64,000 nucleotides of DNA from the NCBI GenBank assembly GCA_021772975.1, contig JAJFKY010000020.1:5559-69558 (forward strand), written 5' to 3'. Below the pieces are notes generated by a model. That model ran no database searches. It saw nothing but the letters and a program-made list of their open reading frames with translations, and had not been told where the DNA came from. Within the stretch, counting starts at the first letter, position 1; every line of letters begins with the position of its first letter. A program made the position numbers and the translations under genes. This DNA is from Gammaproteobacteria bacterium. GTDB lineage: Bacteria; Pseudomonadota; Gammaproteobacteria; Xanthomonadales; Wenzhouxiangellaceae. Shown in pieces: positions 29,149-39,097 of the stretch.

Positions 29149-30402
29149 TCAGGCAGCGACCGAGGCAGGCCGGTGTTCCAGGAAGCGCTGCCGGTAGTCC
29201 TGGAAATGTTCGTTGATGTGCTCCGCCTGCAGCCCATAGTCAGTCAGTACGTGCCGATGCCGGCCGTAGCGGTGTTTGGGATTGTCGCGCAGCCAGGTAT
29301 GCATGGCGCGTTCGCAGGGCGCCTGCCAGTCCAGTTTAAAATGCGCATAAATCTCTCGCAGGGTTTGTATGGGGGCGGTGGTAAATTGATGATAATCAAC
29401 GTCAAAAATACGCTCGGCCGGAATTTTCTGCTGATCACGAGCCTGCAAAGCCAGCGCCAGCGCCTGTGACCAGCGGGTGATGACTTCCGGTCCGATTTGC
29501 CGGGTTGCATGCCGGTCACTGAAGGCCTGGCGCAGATGGCGGGTCAGGCTGGCCAGTGAGGACATCACTTCGGTGGGTTCCCGGTGGGTCTGGATAATAC
29601 AAGCATCCGGATAGGTTTCCAGCAGCGCCGGTAAGCCAAACAGATGCGCCGGCGCTTTTAATACCCAGCGCCGCACCGGCGTGCCCCATTGCAGATATTG
29701 CAGGAAACGCCGGTGATATTGATAGGCCGTGCGGCGGTCTTGCTGTTCCAGCCACTGCTGGTAGCGCGGCACGTAGTGGGTGGTCTGAAACTGATAGCTG
29801 TGCAAAGCATGCGCGGTGATCACCACGCATTCCTGCGGCAGATGGCCGGCCACCGCATGGATGCGCTGGAAACCGGGCGCCAAGCCGTCCAGCCAGCGTA
29901 GTTGAGCATTGACTTTGCGCTGGGTGCTGCGGTGCCGCGGCTGGAAGGCATGACTGGCCAGCACCGGCTGCATGGTTTCCCAGGTCAGCGGTGCGCGGTG
30001 CCGGTGGTCCTGTGCCAACAGGTTGTGCAGCATACTGGTGCCGGTGCGCGGCAGCCCTACCACAAAAATGGGCCGGTCGACCGGTTGCGCGGTGATATCG
30101 GGGCTGGCCGCGATAGCCTGCTCAATGCCCAGGCGATGCCGCAATAAACGCAATAAATCAGAACGGGCAGCGATGCGCCCGGGCAGATGCAGCCGGGCAG
30201 CATTCTCCAGGTCGGCACACAGCAACCCCAGTGGCTCCCGGGGGTCCGGGGCTCCCCATTGATCATAATTCGCCAGCGCGGTGGCGCTGGTTAGTAGTCG
30301 CTGGCTATCCAGGCGTGGCCCGTCCAGCCCGAAGAGCTTCAATAGTCGGCCGGCCTGGACGGCGGTTTTAATTGTCTGACGGCGTAAATGGCGTTGCATC
30401 AT
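29149..30402 (-). CDS. PAPS-dependent sulfotransferase family protein
   Basis: 417 aa. 5'-PSB loop FVVGLPRTGTSMLHNLL and a 3'-PB-like RRWVLKAPAHL. It is embedded between hpnA and mvaD. Confidence 0.75.
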   Translation of the reverse strand: MMQRHLRRQTIKTAVQAGRLLKLFGLDGPRLDSQRLLTSATALANYDQWGAPDPREPLGLLCADLENAARLHLPGRIAARSDLLRLLRHRLGIEQAIAASPDITAQPVDRPIFVVGLPRTGTSMLHNLLAQDHRHRAPLTWETMQPVLASHAFQPRHRSTQRKVNAQLRWLDGLAPGFQRIHAVAGHLPQECVVITAHALHSYQFQTTHYVPRYQQWLEQQDRRTAYQYHRRFLQYLQWGTPVRRWVLKAPAHLFGLPALLETYPDACIIQTHREPTEVMSSLASLTRHLRQAFSDRHATRQIGPEVITRWSQALALALQARDQQKIPAERIFDVDYHQFTTAPIQTLREIYAHFKLDWQAPCERAMHTWLRDNPKHRYGRHRHVLTDYGLQAEHINEHFQDYRQRFLEHRPASVAA

Positions 30403-30454
30403 GCACTCCCTGTAAGCTCTTGCTCCGGCTTAATGCTGTTTTGCAGTTGCGCGT

Positions 30455-31471
30455 TCATTCAAAGTAACCATGTTGCCGGTACCAGTCCAGTGCATCACTT
30501 AATGCCAGCTGGGCCGGACGAGGCTGATAACCCAGTTCATCAATAGCACGCTGGCAACTGAAAAACATGGGCTTGCGCGACAATTTTACCCCGGTGACGG
30601 TCATCAAGGGTTCCCGGCGAGTGACCCAGCGTGCCCAGGCTTCACTGACATGTGCCAGTGGCAGGACCAGGTTGGCGGGCAGGCGGATGACGGGTGGCTT
30701 GCGCTGCAGCAGACCGGCCAGACGCTGCAATAGCTCGCGCAGCGTCAGGTTTTCGCTGCCCAGAATATATTGTCTGCCGATCTGGCCATGCGTCAGGGCC
30801 AGTAGATGACCGTCCGCGACATCATCGACATGCACCACATTCAGGCCGGTATCTACAAATGCCGGGACTTTGCCACACGCCGCCGCCACGATCAGGCGGC
30901 CAGTGGGTGTGGGCTTAAGATCGCCCGGCCCGATCGGGGTACTGGGATGCACGATCACCGCCGGCAGTTGCTGCTCGGTGATCATCGCCCGGACGCATTG
31001 CTGGGCGGCATATTTGGTTTGTTTATAAGCACCGATCAGATCGGCTTGATTGACCGGCGTGGTTTCATCACTGGGGCTGCCGTCACGCTGCAGGCCGATG
31101 GCGGCGACGGTGCTGGTGTAAATCACTTTTTTTACGCCGGCCTGCAGACAGGCCTGCATCAATGCCCGTGTGCCTGCCACATTAACAGCCTGCATTGTGT
31201 CCGGGTCCGGAACCCATAAACGGTAATCAGCGGCCACATGAAACACATAATCACAACCTTTCACCGCGGCGTGTAACGAAGCGTGCTGCAGCAGGTCACC
31301 CACGGCATGTTCAACCGTCAGGCCGTTGAGGTTGGTAGGTTCGGTATTGGCTCTGCGCAGCACCCTTACCCGGTGTCCGGCAGCCAGTAACCGGCGGACT
31401 ACGGCGGCACCGACAAAACCGGTGGCGCCGGTTACCAGACTGAGTGGCTGATCAGACACGCGAACCTCCAT
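30455..31471 (-). CDS. hpnA: Hopanoid-associated NAD-dependent epimerase/dehydratase-like protein
   Basis: Rossmann motif LVTGATGFVGAAVVRRL, YxxxK (YKQTKYAAQ), 338 aa. The start overlaps the hpnN stop. Confidence 0.75.
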   Translation of the reverse strand: MEVRVSDQPLSLVTGATGFVGAAVVRRLLAAGHRVRVLRRANTEPTNLNGLTVEHAVGDLLQHASLHAAVKGCDYVFHVAADYRLWVPDPDTMQAVNVAGTRALMQACLQAGVKKVIYTSTVAAIGLQRDGSPSDETTPVNQADLIGAYKQTKYAAQQCVRAMITEQQLPAVIVHPSTPIGPGDLKPTPTGRLIVAAACGKVPAFVDTGLNVVHVDDVADGHLLALTHGQIGRQYILGSENLTLRELLQRLAGLLQRKPPVIRLPANLVLPLAHVSEAWARWVTRREPLMTVTGVKLSRKPMFFSCQRAIDELGYQPRPAQLALSDALDWYRQHGYFE

Positions 31472-34094
31472 CGGTCCGGGGCAGCAGAGCCGGCAGCACC
31501 AGCAGTGTTGCCAGCACCATCAGAGTCAGTCCCAGCGCCAGCAGCAGACCCATGCTGGCGGTGCCGGTGTGGGTGGAAAACATCAGATTGCCGAAGCTCA
31601 GCACCGTGGTGAGTGCGCCGAACACAATACCGCGTGCGGTGGTGGTGCGCAGCACATTGCCTTCGCGAACGTGCACCGCGGCCGGCATATCACCGCTGCG
31701 ATGGCGATAGACCAGATGCACCCCGTTATCCACCGCCACCCCCAGTAATAACGGCAGCGCGACGACATTGGCAAAATTCAGCGGTACCCCCAGCAGCACC
31801 AGCATGGCGCCGGTGACCAGCCCGCCCAGCAGCAACGGCACCATCACCCGGGCACTGTCAGCGACGCTGCGCAGGATAATCAACAGCACCAGCGTGATGC
31901 CGGCCAGCGCCAGCAGCAACGCGGTACGCAAGGCTGCGCTGATTGCCTGGCCGGAGCGCAATTGCAACACCGGCATGCCGGTGACCTGGGGCGCGACTGC
32001 ACGCACCTGCTCGATCAATTCGCTGACATCGGTAAAACTGTTGGTATCCACGGCAGGGAAAATCTGTACGATGTGCGTGCCTGCGTCACTGACCCAGCGG
32101 TCGTGTATCTGGGCGGGCAGATCCTTGACGGTAACGTACTGGTCCACGCTCAAAGCCTGCTGCATGCGCTGCAGCGTAGCGGGCAGCAGCCCGACCAGGG
32201 CACGATTGAGTTTGCTATAAGCAGCTGTGTCAGGCTGGCTGTCCTGAAATTGGCTCAGCCTGCCGGCCAGTTGCCGGGCGGCGTCCGAATCCAGACTCGG
32301 CAGCTCCGTGCTGAGTTGATCAAGCGCAGTTTTCAGTCGCTGAATGTCCGGTTCCGGCAAGTTTTCCGGGATGTTCAGCAAATCCAGCCCGGTGGTCCAG
32401 CGCAGGTCCTCCAACAGCAGCAGTTTTTCATCCTGGTCAGCGGGGACCAGATCCAGTACTGAAATAGCACGTGCTACGCCGGGCAGTTCACGCAACCGGG
32501 TACTGATCCGCGCTGCGCTGGCGGCATCATCGGCCAGCACCTGCAGATTGCGATGGCCGGTGGAGCGGCTCTCCAGCAGCTGGCGCAGCGTGGCAACTGA
32601 TTCTGAACGGCCATCGCGCAGATTCAGAGGGTCACTGTCGAACGGTAACTGCCAGGCCAGCACCAGGCTGGCCAGCGCCACCAGCAAAGCGGCAATGCGC
32701 ACCCGGTTGCGATAAATCAACGGACCGTCCAGCCAGGCTGTGGGAATTGACAGCGATGGGCGTTTCGGCTTTATGTCGGGGGCGGGAATCACCGCGAGCA
32801 GGGCCGGCAACAGGCTGTAACTGATTATGAAAGTGATGAACATCGCTACGCCGGCAATCAGACCCAGCTCAGCCACGCCGCGAAAAGCGGTGGGTATAAA
32901 GGCGAAAAAGCCGATCGCGGTGGTCACGGCGCTCAATGCCAGCGCGCCGGCCAGCAGGCGGGCACTGGACATGATGGCGCTGAGCTTGTCCGGCTGCTGG
33001 ACCAGCTGCTCGCGATAACGCAGCATGAAGTGGATGCCATAATTCACCCCAAGCCCGATATACAGCACCGTAAAGGCGATTGAAATCAGATTGATACGAC
33101 CCACCGCCCAGGCGGCAAAACCCAGAGTCAGGGCAAAACCGACCGTCAATGACAGTAATGCGACAGCGACCAGACGCACCGAGCGCAAACCCCACAGCAT
33201 TACCAGAGCAACCAGGATCAGCGCCAGAATGCCCGCTTGTCTGGCGCCGGTCAGTGCGCTCAACAACTCTTCATGCTCCAGTGCGACCGGTCCGGTCAGC
33301 AGCATACGCACTGCCTGATCGGTGCCCAGGTTCAATTCCTGGCGGATGCTATCAGCGGCCTGCATCACCTCCCGGCCTGCCATAACCTGGTCGAAGTTCA
33401 GGCGCGGTTCGACGATCAGTGTTTCGCGAAATAGGGGGCTGGCTTGAGCCACTCCCGGGGTCTGAAAAAACAACTGCTCCCAGGACAGCGGGCGTGACTG
33501 AGCGCTCAGCAGCTGATCGATGGTGTGCTCCAGGGCCGGCAGGATGCTGTCCAGCCCGACCGCCTGTGTCTGGCTGTATGCGCTGGCTTCGCTGAGCAGT
33601 TCCAGTAAAGTGGCCGCTTGCAGATCTTCGCTCAGCCGACTTAAAAAGGGCTGCGCGGTGCTCAGCCGGTCGCCCAGCTGGTTGAGTTGTTGAGGGGATA
33701 AAAACAGCAGTCCGTTGCGTTGAAAATAAGCCTCACCGGCCAGCCAGTCGACCGCGGCAAAGTGCTGAGGATCGCGCAGCAACCGGCTTTTGACCTGTTC
33801 GGCCGCGCGGCGCGCCTGTTCCGGAGTGGGGCCTTCCACTACCACCAGCAGGTTATTGGCCAGGGTGGGAAACTCGCGCCGGAAACGATCAAAGGTCTGC
33901 CGGAACGGCAGCCTGGCGTCGAGCATGTCGGCGGTATCGGTATTGACCCCCAGATGACCGGCGGTGTAGTGCAGGGAGCCGGCGCTGAGCAGCAGCAGAG
34001 CGACGATGATCAACCACGGATAACCAACCACCCAACCCAGCCAGCGGGTGATGGCGCGGTGCAGCAGATGGGTGTGATCGGGTGGCGGGGGCAT
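31452..34094 (-). CDS. hpnN: Hopanoid-associated RND/MMPL-type transporter
   Basis: 880 aa with two blocks of 6 TM helices and two large periplasmic loops. It sits in hpn context. Confidence 0.8.
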   Translation of the reverse strand: MPPPPDHTHLLHRAITRWLGWVVGYPWLIIVALLLLSAGSLHYTAGHLGVNTDTADMLDARLPFRQTFDRFRREFPTLANNLLVVVEGPTPEQARRAAEQVKSRLLRDPQHFAAVDWLAGEAYFQRNGLLFLSPQQLNQLGDRLSTAQPFLSRLSEDLQAATLLELLSEASAYSQTQAVGLDSILPALEHTIDQLLSAQSRPLSWEQLFFQTPGVAQASPLFRETLIVEPRLNFDQVMAGREVMQAADSIRQELNLGTDQAVRMLLTGPVALEHEELLSALTGARQAGILALILVALVMLWGLRSVRLVAVALLSLTVGFALTLGFAAWAVGRINLISIAFTVLYIGLGVNYGIHFMLRYREQLVQQPDKLSAIMSSARLLAGALALSAVTTAIGFFAFIPTAFRGVAELGLIAGVAMFITFIISYSLLPALLAVIPAPDIKPKRPSLSIPTAWLDGPLIYRNRVRIAALLVALASLVLAWQLPFDSDPLNLRDGRSESVATLRQLLESRSTGHRNLQVLADDAASAARISTRLRELPGVARAISVLDLVPADQDEKLLLLEDLRWTTGLDLLNIPENLPEPDIQRLKTALDQLSTELPSLDSDAARQLAGRLSQFQDSQPDTAAYSKLNRALVGLLPATLQRMQQALSVDQYVTVKDLPAQIHDRWVSDAGTHIVQIFPAVDTNSFTDVSELIEQVRAVAPQVTGMPVLQLRSGQAISAALRTALLLALAGITLVLLIILRSVADSARVMVPLLLGGLVTGAMLVLLGVPLNFANVVALPLLLGVAVDNGVHLVYRHRSGDMPAAVHVREGNVLRTTTARGIVFGALTTVLSFGNLMFSTHTGTASMGLLLALGLTLMVLATLLVLPALLPRTDGGSRV

Positions 34095-34119
34095 CAGTGG
34101 TTGCAGCGCTATAACGGGT

Positions 34120-34767
34120 TTATTCTTCCGCCATCCGCTGGGTTTGGGTCTGGATGTACTCCACTACAGCGTCCAGTCCTCCGGTCTCGAACAGCTTACT
34201 GTATTGCGAGCGTTTCAGTGCCAGATCACTGACCCCGCGGGTGGTGATATTGACGATCCGCCACTCGCCATGCTGTCGCAGCAGCAGGTAATCAAATGCA
34301 ATTCGCTCACCTTTGCCGGTAATCAGTTCATGTCGGACCTGAGCCCGGTTTTCGCCCGGTTGCGCAGCGCTGACCGGGGCAAAGCGCTCGTTGTTGAAAG
34401 TTGTAAAACGCGCTGCGTAGTTGGCCACCGTCAGGGCGCTGAAAGCCGCGCTGAAGCGGGCCTGTTCAGAGGCGCCGAACTCATTCCAGCGGCTGCCAAA
34501 CAAAAACCGCCCCATGCGGGGAAAATTAAATGCGCGTGCGATCACCGGCTGCAGGCGTTCGCTGCGGCCGGTATGGTTTAGCAGGTCGGTCTGCATACTG
34601 TTTAACAGGCTCTGCTCGAGGCTGTCCACCACCGCTTCAGGAGCTGCGTCAGCGGCGGCTGGCAGGCTTTGGGGCGGGGTCGGATTGTCGGCCTGGGCGA
34701 TGCCGGGCGGACTCAGATACAGCACCGTGGTGAGGCTGAAAATCAGGATAATGGCTGGCCTACGCAT
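34120..34767 (-). CDS. MlaC/Ttg2D-family periplasmic lipid-binding protein (HpnM-like)
   Basis: Signal peptide, 215 aa, with FNFPRMGRFLFGSRW and the FDYLLRQHGEWRIVNI pattern of toluene-tolerance Ttg2D proteins. It is adjacent to hpnN. Confidence 0.7.
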   Translation of the reverse strand: MRRPAIILIFSLTTVLYLSPPGIAQADNPTPPQSLPAAADAAPEAVVDSLEQSLLNSMQTDLLNHTGRSERLQPVIARAFNFPRMGRFLFGSRWNEFGASEQARFSAAFSALTVANYAARFTTFNNERFAPVSAAQPGENRAQVRHELITGKGERIAFDYLLLRQHGEWRIVNITTRGVSDLALKRSQYSKLFETGGLDAVVEYIQTQTQRMAEE

Positions 34768-34793
34768 GCTTTTGATCCTTACTGTTGTTTCGG

Positions 34794-35477
34794 TTAGTGA
34801 GGCAGGTCACGCAGCACTGCCGCCGCCGTCAGCAAACGCTGGCGCGCCAGCCGTTGCGCTCTGCCCAGAGCATAGACGTCACGCAGCCGGGCAGGTTCAC
34901 GCGCCAGCCAGCCGGCCAGCTTTAGCTTATGCGGCTGGGCAAAAGCATCGCAGCAGTCGATCAGACCACCGGGCAAAACCTGTTCGGCCGAGTCCAGTAC
35001 CGCCCGGATCACGATCGCAGGCACATCCTGCAGTGCGGCATTTCGCAGTACGGCGGCGCTTTCCATATCAGCGCTGGCGGCACCGGTAGCTGCCGCCAGC
35101 GCCGCTTTGTCTGAACGCGATGCCAACACCGCATGTGTTTCGGCCAGGGGCGCATCACAAACCTCAGTCTGGCATTGATTGAACCGTTGCCGGACACTGG
35201 TCAGTTTTGGCTGATCGCATACCAGGTTCTCACCATCGCTGGCTATCACCTGCGACGGCAGCAGCAAGCTGCCGCCGCGCAGGTCCACTCGCAGACCCGC
35301 CGCGCAGCCAAAACTGATCAGAGTGCGCGCACCCTGGGCCAGCAATGCCTTAGCCCCGGCCCCGGCCGCCTCAGCTCCCATGCCGGTCAGTTGCCAGCGA
35401 ATCCCGGTTGATCGTTTCAATACCCGTTGTAAACACTGTGCCTCCCAGCGCAGCGCCACCACTATTCCAATGCTCAT
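34794..35477 (-). CDS. hpnG: Hopanoid-associated nucleosidase/phosphorylase
   Basis: PNP/UDP family (MSIGIVVALRWEA ... ADMESAAV). The ATG at 35477 avoids overlap with shc. Confidence 0.75.
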   Translation of the reverse strand: MSIGIVVALRWEAQCLQRVLKRSTGIRWQLTGMGAEAAGAGAKALLAQGARTLISFGCAAGLRVDLRGGSLLLPSQVIASDGENLVCDQPKLTSVRQRFNQCQTEVCDAPLAETHAVLASRSDKAALAAATGAASADMESAAVLRNAALQDVPAIVIRAVLDSAEQVLPGGLIDCCDAFAQPHKLKLAGWLAREPARLRDVYALGRAQRLARQRLLTAAAVLRDLPH

Positions 35478-35499
35478 GTCCGCCCGGCGCAGTACGAAT

Positions 35500-37476
35500 T
35501 CAAGCCGGGCTTGCCGGGTCGCCAAGCTGGCGATAGCGGCTTAACGCCCACAACGGGAAATAATGGTTATAGCCGTGATAGCGCAGATAAAACACCCTCG
35601 GAAAGCCGGGCGCGTTGAACCAGGGGTCACTCCAGCTGCCGTCGGACTGCTGATGGTCGATTAACCAGTTGATGCCGCGTTTGACGGCCGGATGCTGAGT
35701 CTGGCCCGCCGCCATTAGAGCCAGTAAGGCCCAGGCGGTGTGACTGCCGCTGCTGAACGGCGCCTGGCCGTTGAGTTCAGGCTGGTCGTAACTGTGATTG
35801 GTTTCGCCCCAGCCGCCGTCTTCGCGCTGGCGTGACAGCAGATAATCAACCGCCCGCTGAAGGTACGCCTGCCGCGGGTCCTCGCCGGCAAAGATCAGCC
35901 CTGCCAGGACACTCCAGGTGCCATAAATATAGTTGGTACCCCAGCGGCCCCACCAGGAACCATCCGCCTGCTGATGGGCTTTCAGATAAGCGATGCAGTT
36001 TTGTATCGCCTGCCGATCGCATGGGCGCCGCAACATGCCCAGCGGCAGCAATACACGACCGGATACATCTTCGGTGGCGGGGTCCAGCAGTGCGCCGTGA
36101 TCGGCAAACGGAATACTGTTGAGATAGTACTTATCATTGTTTGCATCAAATGCGGCAAAACCACCGCGATTACGCCCCCGGCTGGACTGCAGTCCTACCA
36201 GCCAGTCGCAGGCTTGATGGATGGCATCGGTGTATTGGCCATCCTGGTTAACCACCTGCAGCAACGCCGCGACCATGGCGGTGTCATCCAGATCGGGGTA
36301 ATGCGGATTGGCATACTGGAAAGCCCAGCCACCGGGCGGTACGCCGGGAGCCTGAATCGCCCAATCACCGATAAATTCGGTTTCCTGTTTGCTGATCAAC
36401 CAGTCGCAGGCGCGTTGGATGGCCTGTTGGGTGGCTGCATCGTCACCGGCTCTCAGTAACGCCACCGCTGCCCAGCCGGTATCCCAGACCGGCGATACGC
36501 AGGGCTGACAATAGGCGCTGCCGTCTGGATATTCCACCAGCAGTTTTTCAATCGAACGTTTGCAGGTGGCGCGCAGCGGATGATCCTTGGGATAACCGAG
36601 ACAGTCCAGCGCCATGCAGGCGTTGACCATGGCTGGAAAGATGGCGCCCAGGCCATCTTCACCGTTCAGGCGTTTGACAAACCACTGTTCGGCACGCTGG
36701 ATGGCACGGCGGCGGATAAAAGCCGGCACCAACGGCTCGAGACAGTACAGCGAGAAACGCTCCAGGCCCTGCAGAAAGCCATTTAAGCGCGAACGTCGAG
36801 GGAAATAATCACGCACCTGCTCCGGTGGCGTGACAAACAGTTCCTGGATATCTACCCGGTTGGGATTAACGGCCTTCGGCTTATATGCATACAGCACAAA
36901 CAGCGGCACCATGACCGTGCGTGACCAATAGGATACCTTGCTGATATGAAATGGAAACCAGCGCGGCATCAGCATCACTTCGGGTGGAATAAACGGTACC
37001 GCCCGCCATGGCACCTGCTCGAACAGCGCCAGAGCAATGCGGGTAAACACATTCGCGCGTTCCGCACCGCCGGCCGCCCGAATGGCGGTGCGGGCCTGCT
37101 GCATATGCGCGGCATCCACGGCGTGACCGGCCAGCTTGAGCGCATAATAAGCCTTCACGGTGCAACTGATATCCATCGCGCCGCCGGTATATAAGGGCCA
37201 ACCGCCATCTTCCTGCTGGTGCCGGCACAGATATTTCGCCAGACGCTGCTGCAGCCCGGTATCAATTTCATCCATGCAGTGCATCATCATGATGTACTCA
37301 GCGGGGATGGTGCAATCGGCTTCCAGTTCGAAACACCAGTGACCATCAGCATGCTGGTGATCCAGCAGGTTAGCCCGGCCACGTGCAATCGCCTGATCCA
37401 GGCCGCGCTCCGTCTGGGGCGCCCGATCCGGGGGCTGATGGTCTGTCTGCTTGCGGCTGGCCAGGGATACTTGCAT
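35500..37476 (-). CDS. shc: Squalene-hopene cyclase
   Basis: 658 aa. DxDDTA motif (YPDLDDTAMV) and multiple QW repeats (GGWG, DGSW). Confidence 0.95.
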   Translation of the reverse strand: MQVSLASRKQTDHQPPDRAPQTERGLDQAIARGRANLLDHQHADGHWCFELEADCTIPAEYIMMMHCMDEIDTGLQQRLAKYLCRHQQEDGGWPLYTGGAMDISCTVKAYYALKLAGHAVDAAHMQQARTAIRAAGGAERANVFTRIALALFEQVPWRAVPFIPPEVMLMPRWFPFHISKVSYWSRTVMVPLFVLYAYKPKAVNPNRVDIQELFVTPPEQVRDYFPRRSRLNGFLQGLERFSLYCLEPLVPAFIRRRAIQRAEQWFVKRLNGEDGLGAIFPAMVNACMALDCLGYPKDHPLRATCKRSIEKLLVEYPDGSAYCQPCVSPVWDTGWAAVALLRAGDDAATQQAIQRACDWLISKQETEFIGDWAIQAPGVPPGGWAFQYANPHYPDLDDTAMVAALLQVVNQDGQYTDAIHQACDWLVGLQSSRGRNRGGFAAFDANNDKYYLNSIPFADHGALLDPATEDVSGRVLLPLGMLRRPCDRQAIQNCIAYLKAHQQADGSWWGRWGTNYIYGTWSVLAGLIFAGEDPRQAYLQRAVDYLLSRQREDGGWGETNHSYDQPELNGQAPFSSGSHTAWALLALMAAGQTQHPAVKRGINWLIDHQQSDGSWSDPWFNAPGFPRVFYLRYHGYNHYFPLWALSRYRQLGDPASPA

Positions 37477-37500
37477 GGTCTTATTTTGTCTGGTTATGCC

Positions 37501-38655
37501 TCAGGCGTGCATGGATTGTATTTTGACTGAGTTGCTACTGTCATCGGGATATTCAAAGCTCGGGTCGCAATCATCGTAGTTGGGTACCGGACGCTCAAAG
37601 TTGCTGATTTCGGTTATCGGTAAATGTTGACCGGCCTTGCTGAATAACCATTTCAGCAGTTTGTTGCTGCGCCCGAACAGTTTGCTCAGCACAATCACCT
37701 GCCTGACCCGGCGGCGGCTGACTTTGACCTCCTGACCACTGCGAAAGTGCGGCAGCTGGTGGATGTTTTTCAAGGTCAGAATGGCCAGCCCCAAAGCCCA
37801 CAGGCAAAACTTACGGATGCCGCCCTCTTTACGCGGCAGCATCAAGGTATAACGCAGCGCATTTTGAATATGTCCATGGGTGATGCCGATCAAGACATTC
37901 AGCGCCTGCTGAAAGTCAGCTGACTGATGCTGCGTTTCCAGTTGTGCCAGGGACACGCCGTGCTGGCGGAAAGTGGCCTGCGGCCACCAGCATACGCCGC
38001 GGCTGCGATCATCCCATACATCTTTGAGAATATTGGTCATCTGCAGCGCCTGTCCGAACGAGGGCGCCAGCTGCATCAACTGCTCACGTTGCCGTTCAAT
38101 GGCCGGGTCGTGGTGGCAGAACAGGTCGGTAAGCATTTCGCCCACCACGCCGGCGACGTAGTAGCAGTAAAAATCCAGATCACGCTGTGCCGCCAGACCG
38201 CTGCTGCAGGCGCTGCGCTGATAATGATTCATGCCGCGTCCCATCACCTGCACACAGCGGTATAGAGCCTGTTGCTGACCGCCCGACAGGCTGCGGGTAA
38301 CCGCAATGACCTGATGGGTGTTGGCAATCAACTCGCGTTCCGCCGCGAGTGTCTCCGGGGCCACCAGCGGTGCCACGCTATGGGCAAACTGGCGGGCATC
38401 GGAATGACCGGCGATGACCTCGATAAACTGTTGCTGATACTGAATTTTTTGCTGGGTATTCCAGGCGGCGTCATCTTCGATCGTATCGGCGATGCGGCAC
38501 AACAGGTAGGCGTTGGCCACCGCGATGTAGAGATCCTTGGGAAGCTGTGGAATCGTCAACGCAAAAGTGCGTGACACCGAAGCCAGGATATTTTCCTGAT
38601 AGGCCAGCGCGGAGGCCAGTGTGTCCTGAGCGGATACTGAAAGCGTTGCTTGCAA
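37501..38655 (-). CDS. sqs: Squalene synthase (single-enzyme, eukaryote-like farnesyl-diphosphate farnesyltransferase)
   Basis: SVSRTFALTIPQLP, LLCRIADTIEDD, YCYYVAGVVGEML and NILKDVWDD motifs. The start is uncertain: TTG at 38655 after AGGGAG, or ATG at 38829, which would add a non-conserved 58-aa extension. Confidence 0.82.
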   Translation of the reverse strand: MQATLSVSAQDTLASALAYQENILASVSRTFALTIPQLPKDLYIAVANAYLLCRIADTIEDDAAWNTQQKIQYQQQFIEVIAGHSDARQFAHSVAPLVAPETLAAERELIANTHQVIAVTRSLSGGQQQALYRCVQVMGRGMNHYQRSACSSGLAAQRDLDFYCYYVAGVVGEMLTDLFCHHDPAIERQREQLMQLAPSFGQALQMTNILKDVWDDRSRGVCWWPQATFRQHGVSLAQLETQHQSADFQQALNVLIGITHGHIQNALRYTLMLPRKEGGIRKFCLWALGLAILTLKNIHQLPHFRSGQEVKVSRRRVRQVIVLSKLFGRSNKLLKWLFSKAGQHLPITEISNFERPVPNYDDCDPSFEYPDDSSNSVKIQSMHA

Positions 38656-39097
38656 GATTGTGTGCTCCCTGGTTAGCCAATAACCGGCTTGATCACAGCC
38701 ACTATACCCGGCTGAGTCCTGGTTGGCCGCAATTGACTGCCGGCAGGGCAGTCGGCGAACCGCCGCGACAACGGGCTGGCGGCCTGCATCATCATTACAA
38801 TAGGTGTGCTTGAGTAACCCATAAATCAACCAAAGACTACTGTAGTCATCTGTCCAGGCATCCCTGCACCCACCTGCTGATGTTCCTCATCCGGTGTTTA
38901 GCCGCGTAGTATAATCGCTTGTTAAAATGTAACCCAAACCTCTGGTTATGCACGGTTGCCCGCCGGCTCTTTGCCAGCCGTAACAGCTGGCCTGTACCAA
39001 ACGGTTTCCGGGCAGGTTTCGCGCGGCGTGGAGGCAATATTTGATTAGCGATACCGGCGTCATTCACGCTGGTCAAAGTGACGGAATCTGGAGCGAT

